A stretch of 63,681 nt of DNA, filler included, from Octopus bimaculoides (GCF_001194135.2; 7 parts of 7 records of this genome joined end to end with filler, not necessarily neighbours in it); one strand, 5' to 3'. Numbered from the whole stretch's first letter, positions 11,201 through 25,440 are shown. Made by a program: numbers and translations. Notes: generated by a model from the letters alone, not told the origin.

Positions 11201-12819
11201 ATGTAGAAAATAAAGTTATTCTATTCTAGAAGGGTATAAATATAGGAAAAAGAAGTTTAAAATATACTGAGATTTGTTTACATATTTTATTTTAAAAATT
11301 TTAAAGACTTAACCGGTTTCAGAAATTTCTCTGATTTTCAAAATTTGAAACAGAATGACTTGGAACTATACGACAAGACAAGGAAAATCAGAGAAATCTG
11401 TGAAACCGGTCAAGTCCTTAAACATAAAAATCTAAACTTCCCAGTGAATTTCCAAATTCTTGTATCGATAATACTAAAACTGCAGGGATGTTTGTGAAAT
11501 AGTATATTTTATGTTAATTTTTTTTGCATGTTTATTTTCATACTTACCTTCGGCAGTGCAGAACAAATTTTTGCGACATTTGGATCCCTATTTAGACGAT
11601 TAAACACAATTTTTGTTATTTCTTGAAAAAAAACATGGCTTCCGTGACGTCAACACATACAGAATATTCACATATATAATGAATGTCATGGTGTGTCACT
11701 CAACACAAACACACGTCCGCTATCTGTGACATATACACACACATAGGTTTCACGCACTCTAAGAAAAAAAAACGTCGACTTTTTGACGTACACAATATTC
11801 TAATCATTTAGAAATATTTCTAACTGAATGTGATTTCATCATCCGGAGTTCGTTAATTTCCGTAAAAATTTTTTCATTTATTTACTTTTGTTTTAAAGTG
11901 AAGGAGGGGAGAAGGTGAAAGATGTATGGACGTGTATATGAAATGGATATGTGTGTGAAAGAGAGAGAGAGAGAGAGACAAAGAGAGAGAGAGAAAAAGA
12001 AAGAGAGAAAGAGTGATTGAAGGGGTGTGTTGTCATGTATACGTACATACTTCAATACATATGCGCACATCTTTTTTGTATGTACGATGTGTGTGAGAGA
12101 GAGAGAGGTGGGGGAGAGGGGGAAGAGAGAGAGAGTGAACGTGTGTTCTCATGTATGTGTAAATGGCACACACTTTCTCTCTCTCTCTCTTTCCATTTCT
12201 CTCATATACACACGTCCATTTCATATACACATTTATACATCTTTCACTTTCTCCTCTCTTTCACCTTAAAACAAAGGTAACAGGTGATTTTCAGGATAAA
12301 AATTGTTTTAAAAAATGCTTCTAGTTCTAATTAAGTAAGTCCAAAAGTTAGATTAAATATATATATACATGTATAAGTTCCATGAATTCCCATTCTACAA
12401 ATTGGCAAACAATTCCGTGAATACTNNNNNNNNNNNNNNNNNNNNNNNNNNNNNNNNNNNNNNNNNNNNNNNNNNNNNNNNNNNNNNNNNNNNNNNNNNN
12501 NNNNNNNNNNNNNNNNNNNNNNNNNNNNNNNNNNNNNNNNNNNNNNNNNNNNNNNNNNNNNNNNNNNNNNNNNNNNNNNNNNNNNNNNNNNNNNNNNNNN
12601 NNNNNNNNNNNNNNNNNNNNNNNNNNNNNNNNNNNNNNNNNNNNNNNNNNNNNNNNNNNNNNNNNNNNNNNNNNNNNNNNNNNNNNNNNNNNNNNNNNNN
12701 NNNNNNNNNNNNNNNNNNNNNNNNNNNNNNNNNNNNNNNNNNNNNNNNNNNNNNNNNNNNNNNNNNNNNNNNNNNNNNNNNNNNNNNNNNNNNNNNNNNN
12801 NNNNNNNNNNNNNNNNNNN

Positions 12820-13500
12820 CTCTGAGGGTAAGGTTCATTTGCCCTATGTAATCTTTGTGGCACCTTTCACATCTTATAGCATAAAGTAAATTCTTTGATG
12901 CGCAAGTGAAGTTATTTTTTACGACAAAAGTGTGTCCCGACTGGAATTTGTACATTGTTCCTTCAATGAGGTGGATGCAAGTCCTGCAGTTGGAACGAAC
13001 ACATTTTTTGACGGTGGATGGCGGGCTTGTGTTGGGTAATTTTGCATTGGTGAGTAGGTTTTTTAGGGATTTGGGTTGTCTTTTGCTTTTTATTATTTTA
13101 TGGGTTTCGAGTGATTTTTTAGACTCGGGTCTTGACTCAGTAGTGGGATGTTCTTGTATATAATTGTGTAAGCTTCTGCATTTCTTGGATTGTGTGTTGA
13201 GAGATATGGGAGACTATTTAATGTACCGTGAGTGCGTTTCGGTTTTCGTAAGCCTTGGGTAGCGATTGTCTTGGTCCGTTCTATTCCATTGTCAACTAAT
13301 GATGCTGGGTAATATCTTTCGAGAAGATTTACCTTTAGTTCTTGGAGTCTTTTATGTCGTGTTCTATAATTTGAGACAATTGTACAGATTCTTCTCGCTA
13401 GGTTGAAGGGGGTGTTTGTCTTCGTGTGCTTTGGGTGATTGGAGGTGAACAGAAGGGATTGTTTGGAATCAGTCGGTTTGTAGTTGCTTCGGTCATACTG
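12820..13500 (-). mobile_element. Penelope-like element relic: RT C-terminal region plus GIY-YIG endonuclease
   Basis: YKPTDSKQSLLFTSNHPKHTKTNTPFNLARRICTIVSN...RLQELKVNLLERYYP...LPYLSTHNP, followed by FTCASKNLLYAIRCERCHKDYIGQMNLTLR (GIY-YIG with a CxxC motif). Frameshifted and truncated by a gap. Confidence 0.9.
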
Positions 13501-13679
13501 CAGCACCGCCTTCGGTCATACTGCAGCACTTATTTTATAAGTCTCGTACTTATCCTATCGACTGCTAGGTTACGGGGACGTAAGCAAACCAACACCGGTT
13601 ATCAAGCAGTAGTGGTGATGGTGGTAACACAACACAGACACAAAGACATACACACACATATATACATATATATACATAC

Positions 13680-13722
<43 letters not shown>

Positions 13723-14409
13723 TTCGTTTTTGTATCTGGTTTGCAATAAAAGGAATAGAATTGAACCAGTGTGTGTGTAAATTATATTGGCATAATGACT
13801 CTCCCTTGACACAACACTATATATATGTATGTATGTATATACACACACACAGTGAAAGTAACTTTAAATATAATACGTTCACACAAGGCATTCGACTAAG
13901 ATTTTCTCTAGCACATTTTAACAATCTTCAGATAGTAAAATAACTCGAGTAAATATGTTAATTTAAGAAAATATCACCGTCTTTATCTTCATTCAATAAC
14001 AACAATCTGACCACCACATTGTCTTCTACTTTACATTTGGTGACTCGTCGTTCGATTTAATGACCTGTCGATAATTTCTCCTCCACATTCGATTCCCTGC
14101 TATAATTGATCACCTCTTGAGTATTTATTGTATCTTATAAGGGTGGTGATTGGGGGAGGGGATAAATAGCCAATATTATCGAACTGGGTATATTTACAGA
14201 GTTGTTAGTCACTAATGTTGTTAACCTTGTCTATTAGCGAGATACTGCTGTTCCATACAGAAAAGGGATTTGACATTTTCTTTTATACCAAGTAAAATCA
14301 ATTACCGGATTTGCACGTTAACTGTTTCTAATTCGGTTTAGGCGGGATTGATTAGTCTGCATCCAGGGGTTTCAGTTGGTGATCGTTAAAGAGTAAGAAA
14401 TGGTCACTT

Positions 14410-14760
14410 AGTGGGTAGGGTAAATATACTGCTGCTGCTACTGCTGCAACTACCACAGCTACTATTACTACTACCAATACTACAACTACTACTATTGTTG
14501 CTACTGCTGTTGCTGCTACTACAACTATTGTAACTACTACTACTATCACTATCACCACCACCGCCACTGCTACTGCTGCTGCTACTGCTGCTGCTACTGC
14601 TACTACTACTACTGCTACTTTTAATACTATTGTTCCTGTTACCGCTACTACTACTGCAACTACCATAGCTACTATTACCACTACTACTACTACCAATATT
14701 ACTACACCTACTGCTGCTGTGCCTATTATAACTATTACTATTACTACTGCTGCTGCTGCG

Positions 14761-14800
<40 letters not shown>
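14410..14800. repeat. Degenerate (CTA/CTG)n trinucleotide microsatellite
   Basis: Seen directly. It produces the spurious poly-V and poly-S ORFs. Confidence 0.9.
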
Positions 14801-14801
<1 letters not shown>

Positions 14802-15141
14802 ACATGCAGTGATCAATGAAAAAGGAGCAGCAACTTGATTTTCATGTTGGAACGTGCAGCATGAAACACAAGATTGTGCTTCTGCATACCCCCACACCAC
14901 CTTCCATGATCACCGTATAAAGACTACTTGAAAATATTCAGTAATCGGAGTGTTTTTACTTGTTGAAAAATTCTGTAAGTGAGCGTTCTGTAGAAGAGAC
15001 TTGTTATATTTATAGGAAGAAGGCTCTGTGATAAAAATAATCGGCCGATAACATTATAGACGTAAGGAATTGGGGTTCCATAACTTTTGATTAGAATAAT
15101 GGCTTGATAATATTCTTTGATTCTTAAGTGGCTTTTATTAC

Positions 15142-15668
15142 AGGTAACACAGTTGCGTTAAAAAAGGGATGTGGGTTCTGTTCCCACGCGGATGGGAAAG
15201 CCTTCTTTTTACTGTCGAGGGCTTATATGCCCCTTTATTTAACTATTTTCCATAGTCGTTGCACAGTGATCGCCATAAGCTTTAAGCTTATATAAAAACA
15301 CCATTATTATTATTTACAAGATTGTAAAATGCGTTGCCGTTTAAAAAACCATTCGCACCGAAAGCATATAGAAAGTTTGTTTACATAGAACAAATATAAT
15401 TCTTTAATTTGACAGAAACAGATAGGCTAATTCGCTTGTGTAAAGGTAACACAGTCGCGTTAATAAAGGGATGTGGCTTCGGGTCCCACACGGATAGGAA
15501 AGCCTTTTTTTCTATCGAGAGCTTATATGCTTCTTTATTTAACTATTTTCCTTAGTCATTGCACGGTGATCGCTATAAGCTATAAGCTTATATAAAATAC
15601 CATAATCATTATTTATAGGATTGTAAAATACGTTGCCGTATAAAAAAAAAGCCATTCGCACCGAAAGC

Positions 15669-15672
<4 letters not shown>
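15142..15672 (+). repeat. Local tandem duplication of ~230 bp (15142-15369 and 15444-15672)
   Basis: Both copies run AGGTAACACAG..GCGTTAA...CCATTCGCACCGAAAGCATAT and are colinear with scattered substitutions (roughly 85% identity by eye). Confidence 0.85.
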
Positions 15673-15727
<55 letters not shown>

Positions 15728-15903
15728 CGTAGTTATGTGATAAGAAGTTTGCTTCCGAACCACATGGTTCCTGATTCAGTCCTGGTCCCACTGCGTGGTA
15801 CCTAGGGCGGTTTCTACTATCAAAGCCAGACGGAAACTGAAAAGAAGCCTGTCATATATATGTGTGTGTGTAGATAGGTTAGTTGATAGATAGATAGATA
15901 GAT

Positions 15904-15944
<41 letters not shown>

Positions 15945-16579
15945 TAGACAGAGAGAAATGAATACACACATATATACGTCAACGCCAAAACCGCTGCAAC
16001 CAACATGTTTGTCAAACAGAGCAGCTGCGAATCTAAGATGTCCTTCACAAATGCACTGGGGTTCAACAAGTTTGTTCAAAAGACAGCTGTTTCAAAAACC
16101 AGGATCCCTGACGAAACTAATTTAGATTTTTGCTTGGTTGTGAAAGTATCGGGAACCACAGGCCTGGAATTGCGTTATCTCATTCATACCTCATTTTTCC
16201 GTATTTTTTTAAAAATATATTTTATTTTAAAATGGGTGGGTGACATCTGAGGGGTATTTGAGTGTTACTATTTTAAGCATGTCCTGTAATCTCACATAGA
16301 TTCCTAGAATGTTATCACATGATTATCGGGGTTGTTGGCACTGCTCCTGCTTCTCCCGCTGTTGTTGATAATGGTGGTCATTAACACACAAATATACACA
16401 CATACATACGTACATACATAGATAATACAAACAAGTGTGTGTATGTGTGTGCATATATACATGTATATATATATATATGTGTGTGTATGTGTGTGTATAC
16501 ATACATTTAAATATACATGTATAAATCTATATATACACACACAAGTATATATATATATTCATATATACACAGACAGACA

Positions 16580-16955
16580 CAGGAGTTGCTGTGTGGTAAG
16601 AAGCTTGCTTCCCAACCCCATGCTTCCGAGTTCAGTTCCACTGCGTGACACCTTGGGCAAGTGTCATCAACTATAACCTCGGGCCGACCAAAGCCTTGTG
16701 AGTAGATTTGGTAGACGGAAACTGAAAGAAGCCCGTCGTGTATATATATGTATTTGTGTATCTGTGTTTGTCCTCCATCATCGCTTGACAACCGATGTTG
16801 GTGTGTTTACGTCCCCGTAACTTAGCGGCTCGGCAAAAAAAAAATCGATAGAATAAGTAGTAGGCTTACATAGAATAAGTCCTCGGATCAATATGTTCGA
16901 CTAAAGGCGGTGCACAAGCATGGCCGCACTCAAATAGCTGAAGCAAGTAAAAGAA
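16580..16955 (+). mobile_element. CORE-type SINE family B, full length, plus strand
   Basis: GCTGTGTGGTAAGAAGCTTGCTTCCCAACC head, GACACCTTGGGCAAGTGTC core, internal (TA/TG)n, and tail ...GGCCGCACTCAAATAGCTGAAGCAAGTAAAAGA. Confidence 0.85.
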
Positions 16956-17012
16956 TATATGTATGTAGGTATGTATGTAGAGAGAGGGAGAGAGAGAGAG
17001 TAGGTGATAGAG

Positions 17013-17061
<49 letters not shown>

Positions 17062-17282
17062 TAGAGGGTTGTTTGTTATTGCCGGTCTAAGAGTGACCAT
17101 TGGTTTAGCGCCTATAAAGTGCCTAGCTTTATAGTAGACACGTCAGACTCATGGTATATTTGGAGAAAGTGTTCTGCAATTTCTTCTGAACAACAGCACA
17201 TATTCTTTGTTTATAGTGATCAAACATTTGTGCTGTACATTAACTCACTCTCTCTCCATGTAATCGACATTGCCCGTTGCAG

Positions 17283-17406
17283 GTGCATGCTGTACCACAC
17301 GCAAAGCAACGCGAGATAAAGCATTTTTCTGAAGAACAAAACGAACCAGCCAGTCCGGTCCGGGAATTGCAACGACAGCACCCTAACCATGCGCAATCTC
17401 GTGATG
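17283..17406 (+). CDS. Candidate internal coding exon (phase 0 to phase 1), product unknown
   Basis: Acceptor ...ctctctctccatgtaatcgacattgcccgttgcag and strong donor ATG|GTGAGT. Only one frame is open: VHAVPHAKQREIKHFSEEQNEPASPVRELQRQHPNHAQSRD. No recognisable homology. Confidence 0.5.
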
Positions 17407-18068
17407 GTGAGTACAACACCCTAGTCATGCACAATCATACGCGCGCGCGCATATGGAGGGATGTGGTGAAGTCGTAAGCATGTAGCGTTTATCATCCTAC
17501 AGTGATGGGTACGATTTGAGGATGGAGCGGTGCGTTGCGTCCTTCGGCAAGGCAGTTCATTTCACATTACTGCTACCTATTTAGCCCTGAATGAGTAAAA
17601 GCCGAGTAATGGTACTGTCATCTTTGAAATCCTTGATATTCCGATTCATCGAGGCTGGGATGGCCCAGATGGTGTTTGTGTCACGAGTACATGAAAAAAA
17701 TTAGCGATAGCATGGTGCCAGATCATAATCACTAGTAACAGCTATGATTATACACGCACGTATATGTTTGTGTGAATACATATATACATACATACGTATG
17801 TGTGTGTGTATACACACATATGTACACACACACACACAAATATATGTATGTATGTATGTATGTATGTATATGGTATGATAGGTAAGTCTCATTTGGTGAA
17901 TGTGACTTTCACCAGAATAAGTTGATGTCATCAGAATGTGTCCAACGATCATTAGGTCCTACTACCCTGAGCCGTAACATATATATATATACACACACAC
18001 ACAAAATGTGTCTCTACACATGTGTATATACAAATAAGTGAACGTGTATATATGCGTGCGTTTTTATA

Positions 18069-18137
<69 letters not shown>

Positions 18138-18163
18138 NNNNNNNNNNTATATATATATATATG

Positions 18164-18196
<33 letters not shown>

Positions 18197-18628
18197 ATGT
18201 AAATACATACATATAATATGTATATATATATATGCACATGTATAAATACATATACATACATACAAGTATTCATACATACATGTATACGCTCATGCATACA
18301 AACATACATACATACACACATATATACATACATATGTACATACATATATACACACGTACATATACAAATTATCGCATATCCTTATCAGTTAGTTATCGCT
18401 GCGTTCCGAAAATAGTAGACTACACCATCGCCACCACCTTAACACACAACTGACCTTGGAACCACAACAACAGCTACATACACGCGCGCGCGCACGCACA
18501 CTTATATGCATATGTGTGTATAGAGAGATATTTATACATGTGTTTGCGTGTAATTATATATATTTAAACACGTATGTATATACATATATCCACGTGTATA
18601 CATATATGTGTGAGTAATATTACAGGTA

Positions 18629-18681
<53 letters not shown>

Positions 18682-19173
18682 NNNNNNNNNNNNNNNNNNN
18701 NNNNNNNNNNNNNNNNNNNNNNNNNNNNNNNNNNNNNNNNNNNNNNNNNNNNNNNNNNNNNNNNNNNNNNNNNNNNNNNNNNNNNNNNNNNNNNNNNNNN
18801 NNNNNNNNNNNNNNNNNNNNNNNNNNNNNNNNNNNNNNNNNNNNNNNNNNNNNNNNNNNNNNNNNNNNNNNNNNNNNNNNNNNNNNNNNNNNNNNNNNNN
18901 NNNNNNNNNNNNNNNNNNNNNNNNNNNNNNNNNNNNNNNNNNNNNNNNNNNNNNNNNNNNNNNNNNNNNNNNNNNNNNNNNNNNNNNNNNNNNNNNNNNN
19001 NNNNNNNNNNNNNNNNNNNNNNNNNNNNNNNNNNNNNNNNNNNNNNNNNNNNNNNNNNNNNNNNNNNNNNNNNNNNNNNNNNNNNNNNNNNNNNNNNNNN
19101 NNNNNNNNNNNNNNNNNNNNNNNNNNNNNNNNNNNNNNNNNNNNNNNNNNNNNNNNNNNNNNNNNNNNNNNNN

Positions 19174-19212
<39 letters not shown>

Positions 19213-20639
19213 ACATTTGTTGTTAAATCGAGTAGTGTCTCAAAATTGTCTCAAAATTTATCAAAGTGATCTATAAAATAAATGCCAGATTGAAATACGT
19301 TTTGAGGTCAGTATGATCAATTAAATTTTTGAAGATGATACCCCATATTGGTGATAGCTGAAAGACTAAACCCAGTTAAATAATGTTTAAAGACTTAATG
19401 GCTTTAAATTTAAGGTAATGGATTACTGACCACAAGATAATGTGTTCACAACTTCGTATTGAACTTCCACTCTATACAATAACACTATATGTACATCTCA
19501 GTCTACTTGGCTTCGAACAATTAACAATTGTAATTTGAAGTTGAATGGTTAGTAGTAAGAAAGATGTCCATATTTCTTAAAAAGTTATTGTGTAAAATAT
19601 TGAGAAAAAGTATGTTTTTCACCACAACACACACACGCACACGCGTCTCTGTGGTAACTTAAGCTACTACAAATAGCAGGCAAATCTGTCTTAAAACACA
19701 CACTTCTTTCAAAAGAAAGAGATTTACAATACTTCAGGAAGGAAAAAAAAGTATGCGAGGGGTCTACTACGTCAGAGGCAACTCTGGGCTCTACAAAACA
19801 CAGTCAAACATATTTCACATTAAAAGATTATCTACTAAATAATTCTAGTAAAATTGACAGTATATCTTCGAAGTTTCATTCCCTGGTAAATCTCGATGGA
19901 TTTTAAACATTTTCTCAATATGCTCTAAGACAAAAATTGTTCAGGCAAACTTGCCTCTCTTAGCTAAAGACCTCATAAGTTGTGCGACTCGACCTCGTTT
20001 CTGAGATAATTTTGTAGTTAAAAAGAGTTGTGCAAAATACATGCTTTATTTGGTAGCCGAATGATTACTGAATCTTTTGATACATCTAACGTCAAAATCG
20101 GCAATTCAGTTTTCGAATCCATAAGGAACATACGCACCGCCCCCCACACACAAAGTCTATTTTTATTATATAGTAGCTCGGGATTAAAATGGCATAGTTT
20201 TATTGTTTTACTTGTTTCGGTCATGTGACTGCGGCCATGCTGGAACACCGTCTTTACGCGAAGAAATCGACCCCAGGATTTATTCTCAGTAAGCTTAGTA
20301 CTTATTCTTTCGGTGTGTTTTACCAAACGGCTACGTTACGGGGAGGTAAACACACCAACATCGGTTGGTGGGGGTACAGACACACACATATATATATATA
20401 TATATATGAATATATATACATATATATATATAAACATATATATCCACATATATATACATATGTATATATATATATATATACCTGTATATATATAAACGTA
20501 TATATATATATATACATGTATATGAATATACATATAGATGTATATATATGTATGTATATACATATATATATATATATACACATATATATGTATATATTTC
20601 CATATACGCCAGCTTAATTTAATTCGTCTTTAGTCGAAA

Positions 20640-20930
20640 GACATCTGTTGTTATGTCCTGTTATTATTCTTACTGTATTTGTGTAACATTGTCCGTTTTT
20701 TCCGTCCTTGTTTTTGTATACATTCACTGCTTTCTTCCAAGGAATCTAATGCTCTTAGCTTAGTTTTTCCTTGGGGCTGCCCAGATTGGAGCGATATCGA
20801 GAATAACCAGTCGAAATTGCAAGGATAAACTGGATCTCGACTGAGGAAAGAAAACTCCGAATGACCTGTCCGTGTTTTCTTTGTATCGTCTATCTGGATG
20901 TTTTGCGTTCTTGTCCCATTCTGTATTATA
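20640..20930. repeat. Dispersed repeat, second copy at ~30645-30830
   Basis: Shared CGAG..TAACC.G.C.AAA.TGCAA.G....CTCGACTGAGG....GAA..CCGAATGA.C.GT.C.TGTTTT block. Class not determined. Confidence 0.55.
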
Positions 20931-21494
20931 TNNNNNNNNNNNNNNNNNNNNNNNNNNNNNNNNNNNNNNNNNNNNNNNNNNNNNNNNNNNNNNNNNNNNN
21001 NNNNNNNNNNNNNNNNNNNNNNNNNNNNNNNNNNNNNNNNNNNNNNNNNNNNNNNNNNNNNNNNNNNNNNNNNNNNNNNNNNNNNNNNNNNNNNNNNNNN
21101 NNNNNNNNNNNNNNNNNNNNNNNNNNNNNNNNNNNNNNNNNNNNNNNNNNNNNTATATATATATATAGATCTATATGTATATATATATCGATGTATATTC
21201 ATATATATATGTATATATATCTATATGTATTTTATTTCCAAAAATTTAGCACATAAATACATATGCATGCATCTAGACATAAAAACGCATCCATAAAACA
21301 AACATACAAATCTGCGCATACACTAACACCAAATACTGCACACACACATATGCACAAATACCTAGATGATGTTGATAAAAGTTCCAATGAAGGAGCCTTG
21401 AATCTATGTTAGAGTCCGGCTCTTTCCCTATTGACAAGAAATACAGAAATGAAACTGATTGATAACATACATACATAAATACATACATACATAC

Positions 21495-21935
21495 ACATGT
21501 TACTATACCCAGATTATAAGTTCAGGTTTACACCTGTAATTATCGGGGCGCAGAGATATGTCACACACTGCCAAAGTACCAAGCTTGAGAAATTAGACTT
21601 CTCAAAACCAGAAGGGAGAAAGCTGATTCGAAGACCACAGATGCAAGACATCACTGGAACTGTAAATATTTATAACTTTCCAGAAATTTATCATTTAAGT
21701 ATATATTCGCATGTCTAGACATGCAATTATATGCATGAGAATACGTACAAAAAAACAAAACATAGATATCTGCACACATACACTGACTCCAAATAGTAAA
21801 CACATATACACATAATTGCAAGAATACCTGTTGATGTTGAAATTCTAACGAAGGAGACTTGGATCTAGGTTAGAAACCGACTCTTTCTATATTGGCAAGA
21901 AATTTAGAAATAAAACTGAATAATGATTTACATGC
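21495..21935 (+). mobile_element. 3' end of an R4/Dong-like LINE
   Basis: C-terminal translation as described for 7335-7735, with a shared 3' UTR (GGATCTAGGTTA.AAACCG...CTATTGGCAA.AAAT.T.GAAATAAAACTGAATAATGA). Confidence 0.7.
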
Positions 21936-22267
21936 ATGAATGCAAACATACATGCATGCATACACACATGCGTTCATGCATGCATTTATACATGTTTAAG
22001 TAAATCTACATAAGACAAGCTGGGGATTTTCAGAAAAAGTGCTCAACCAGATAACACGCACGTTACAAATACAATCTGTAAGCGTAACAGTAAAGATGAG
22101 CAAAGCAATTTCAGATTCAAAATGTGACATTGTTTCTGTTACCTAAATCCGAATAAGCAGCTTAGTATCTTTGTTAGAAACCAGTTTCTCCGTTGCAGGA
22201 AGATTTGAGGTAATTAAAAACAAAAGAGAAATTATATACATATATATATGTTCGTACACTTAGGCGT

Positions 22268-22610
22268 GTAGAGGCGCAATGACCCAGTGGTTAGGGCAGC
22301 GGACTCGCAGTTGTGAGTGTTTATTGAGCGGGTGTTGTGAATGAAAACACCTAAAGCTCCACGAGGCTCCGGCAGGGGATGGTGGCGAACCCTGCTGTAC
22401 TCTTTCACCACAACTTTCTCTCACTCTTTCTCCCTGTTTCTGTTGTACCTGTATTTCAAAGGGCCACACTTGTCACACTCTGTGTCACGCTGAATCTCCC
22501 CGAGAACTACATTTAGGGTATACATGTCTGTGGAGTGCTCAGCCACTTGCACGTTAATTTCACGAGCAGGCTGTTCTGTTGATCGGATCAACCGAAACCA
22601 TCGTCTTAGG
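22268..22610 (+). mobile_element. tRNA-derived SINE family C with internal deletion
   Basis: Reverse complement of 5915-6250, lacking the B-box segment present there. Confidence 0.8.
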
Positions 22611-23543
22611 CATAATCGTATAATATATACTTATAAAGACATACACTTATGCNNNNNNNNNNNNNNNNNNNNNNNNNNNNNNNNNNNNNNNNNNNNNNNN
22701 NNNNNNNNNNNNNNNNNNNNNNNNNNNNNNNNNNNNNNNNNNNNNNNNNNNNNNNNNNNNNNNNNNNNNNNNNNNNNNNNNNNNNNNNNNNNNNNNNNNN
22801 NNNNNNNNNNNNNNNNNNNNNNNNNNNNNNNNNNNNNNNNNNNNNNNNNNNNNNNNNNNNNNNNNNNNNNNNNNNNNNNNNNNNNNNNNNNNNNNNNNNN
22901 NNNNNNNNNNNNNNNNNNNNNNNNNNNNNNNNNNNNNNNNNNNNNNNNNNNNNNNNNATATATATATATATATATATATAAAGGGTTTCTACACAGTACC
23001 CATGTACCAATTTCACTCAGAAGGTATTGGTTGGCTCCGTTCTATAGCAGAAGAGACTTGTCTAATGTGACGCGCAGTTGGACTGAACCCGAAAGCATGT
23101 GGTTCCAAAGCGAGTTTGTTAACAAGCTCGCTTTGGAACCACACACATGCACACACACACACGCATATACACATACACACACACACGCACATATATATAC
23201 AGATAGGAAAGTAGATAGAGAAACACACACACACATACATACATACATACATACACATAATGCGTGCGAGTGTGTGTGTCTTTGTGCCTATGTCTGTTTC
23301 CAACCACAACCACCACCACCATTACTTAACACGTGATGGTTTGTTTGCGTCCTCGTTGCCGAGCGGGTTGACAAAAGATATCGATAGAATAAGTACCAAA
23401 CTTAAAATAAGCACAGGGGTCGATCTGTTTAACTAAAAGTCCCTTCCAGACAATGCCCCAGCATGACTGCAGTCTAGTGACCGAAACAAGTAAATGATAA
23501 ATGATAGAAGATTGATGCAGATAGATAGATACACGCAGAGAGG

Positions 23544-23620
<77 letters not shown>

Positions 23621-24501
23621 NNNNNNNNNNNNNNNNNNNNNNNNNNNNNNNNNNNNNNNNNNNNNNNNNNNNNNNNNNNNNNNNNNNNNNNNNNNNNNNN
23701 NNNNNNNNNNNNNNNNNNNNNNNNNNNNNNNNNNNNNNNNNNNNNNNNNNNNNNNNNNNNNNNNNNNNNNNNNNNNNNNNNNNNNNNNNNNNNNNNNNNN
23801 NNNNNNNNNNNNNNNNNNNNNNNNNNNNNNNNNNNNNNNNNNNNNNNNNNNNNNNNNNNNNNNNNNNNNNNNNNNNNNNNNNNNNNNNNNNNNNNNNNNN
23901 NNNNNNNNNNNNNNNNNNNNNNNNNNNNNNNNNNNNNNNNNNNNNNNNNNNNNNNNNNNNNNNNNNNNNNNNNNNNNNNNNNNNNNNNNNNNNNNNNNNN
24001 NNNNNNNNNNNNNNNNNNNNNNNNNNNNNNNNNNNNNNNNNNNNNNNNNNNNNNNNNNNNNNNNNNNNNNNNNNNNNNNNNNNNNNNNNNNNNNNNNNNN
24101 NNNNNNNNNNNNNNNNNNNNNNNNNNNNNNNNNNNNNNNNNNNNNNNNNNNNNNNNNNNNNNNNNNNNNNNNNNNNNNNNNNNNNNNNNNNNNNNNNNNN
24201 NNNNNNNNNNNNNNNATACACACACACACACATATATATATATATACATATATGCATACACACACACATATATATATATACACACAGACATTTCCTGTTG
24301 TTGCTCCCACAAGATAATAATCCTGTTATAATAACATCAACAACAGGACGTTGTTTGTGCCGTACGCCATTTTGATTTATGGCTTGTCTTTATGTGTAGT
24401 TTGGTACGTGTTGGAGTTGTGTATATATATCTTATACATACATTGAAAGAAACAAACGACCGAACCTATGGACGGACTGAAAGTTTGATGGATGGCAATG
24501 T

Positions 24502-24536
<35 letters not shown>

Positions 24537-25099
24537 CGCACGCACGCACACACACACACACACACGTGAAATCGGAGAAGTTGTATGAGGAAGATAAGTG
24601 AAGAAATTGCAAGTGTATTATTGTTTATTGTTGTTTTTTTATGGTTGTTATTGTTATTGTTGTTGCTGTTTAACCCAGGTCAGTCCTGATCCAGCAGACC
24701 TATGATCAAAGATGTTCCAGCCGTAACAATTCCATCTTTCATTCGGATCATCTTGGACTGCATTATCTAATGCTTAGCGGCATTTTATTCGTCTTTACGT
24801 TCTGAGTTCAAATTCCTCTGACATCGACTTTGCTTTCTATCTTATCGCGGTCAATAAGATAAGTACCAGTTGAACACTGGGGCGATGTAATTGACTTATC
24901 CCCTCCTCCGGAACTGCTGGCCAAAATTTAAAACCAATATTAGCTACACGTCTTTCATTTCGCTTGCTTCCTCTACCAGTACATGAAAACACACGTCATT
25001 GGACACTTGCACATGTAAAAGTATACAGAAAAGGTGTCACCACACACACACACACCCACACTGAACCTTAGAAGCAAACTAGACATGGGGAAATATATC

Positions 25100-25440
25100 T
25101 TTTATTTCAGCCAATGGACTGCGGTCATGCTGGGGCATCGCTTTAAAGGGTTTTAGCTGAACTAATCGACCACAGTAATTATGTTTCAATCGTTTTCTTT
25201 TGCCGAATTTGAGAAGTTACGGGGGCCAACACAGGTTATCAAGCGGTGGGGTATGGAGTGACAAACACCGATAGAAGGATACACACGTTCGACGATCTCC
25301 TGCATAGTTTCTGTCTTCCACCTCCACTCACAGGACACTGGTTGGAAGAAGCCATTTGTCCAAAGTGCCGAGCAGTGGAACTGAACCCGAAACCACGTGA
25401 CTGAAAAACGAGCTTCATAATCACACAACCATAGCTGTGT
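25100..25440 (-). mobile_element. Diverged SINE family B copy
   Basis: GACTGCGGTCATGCTGGGGCATCGC tail and GAACTGAACCCGAAACCACGTG head motifs. Confidence 0.65.
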
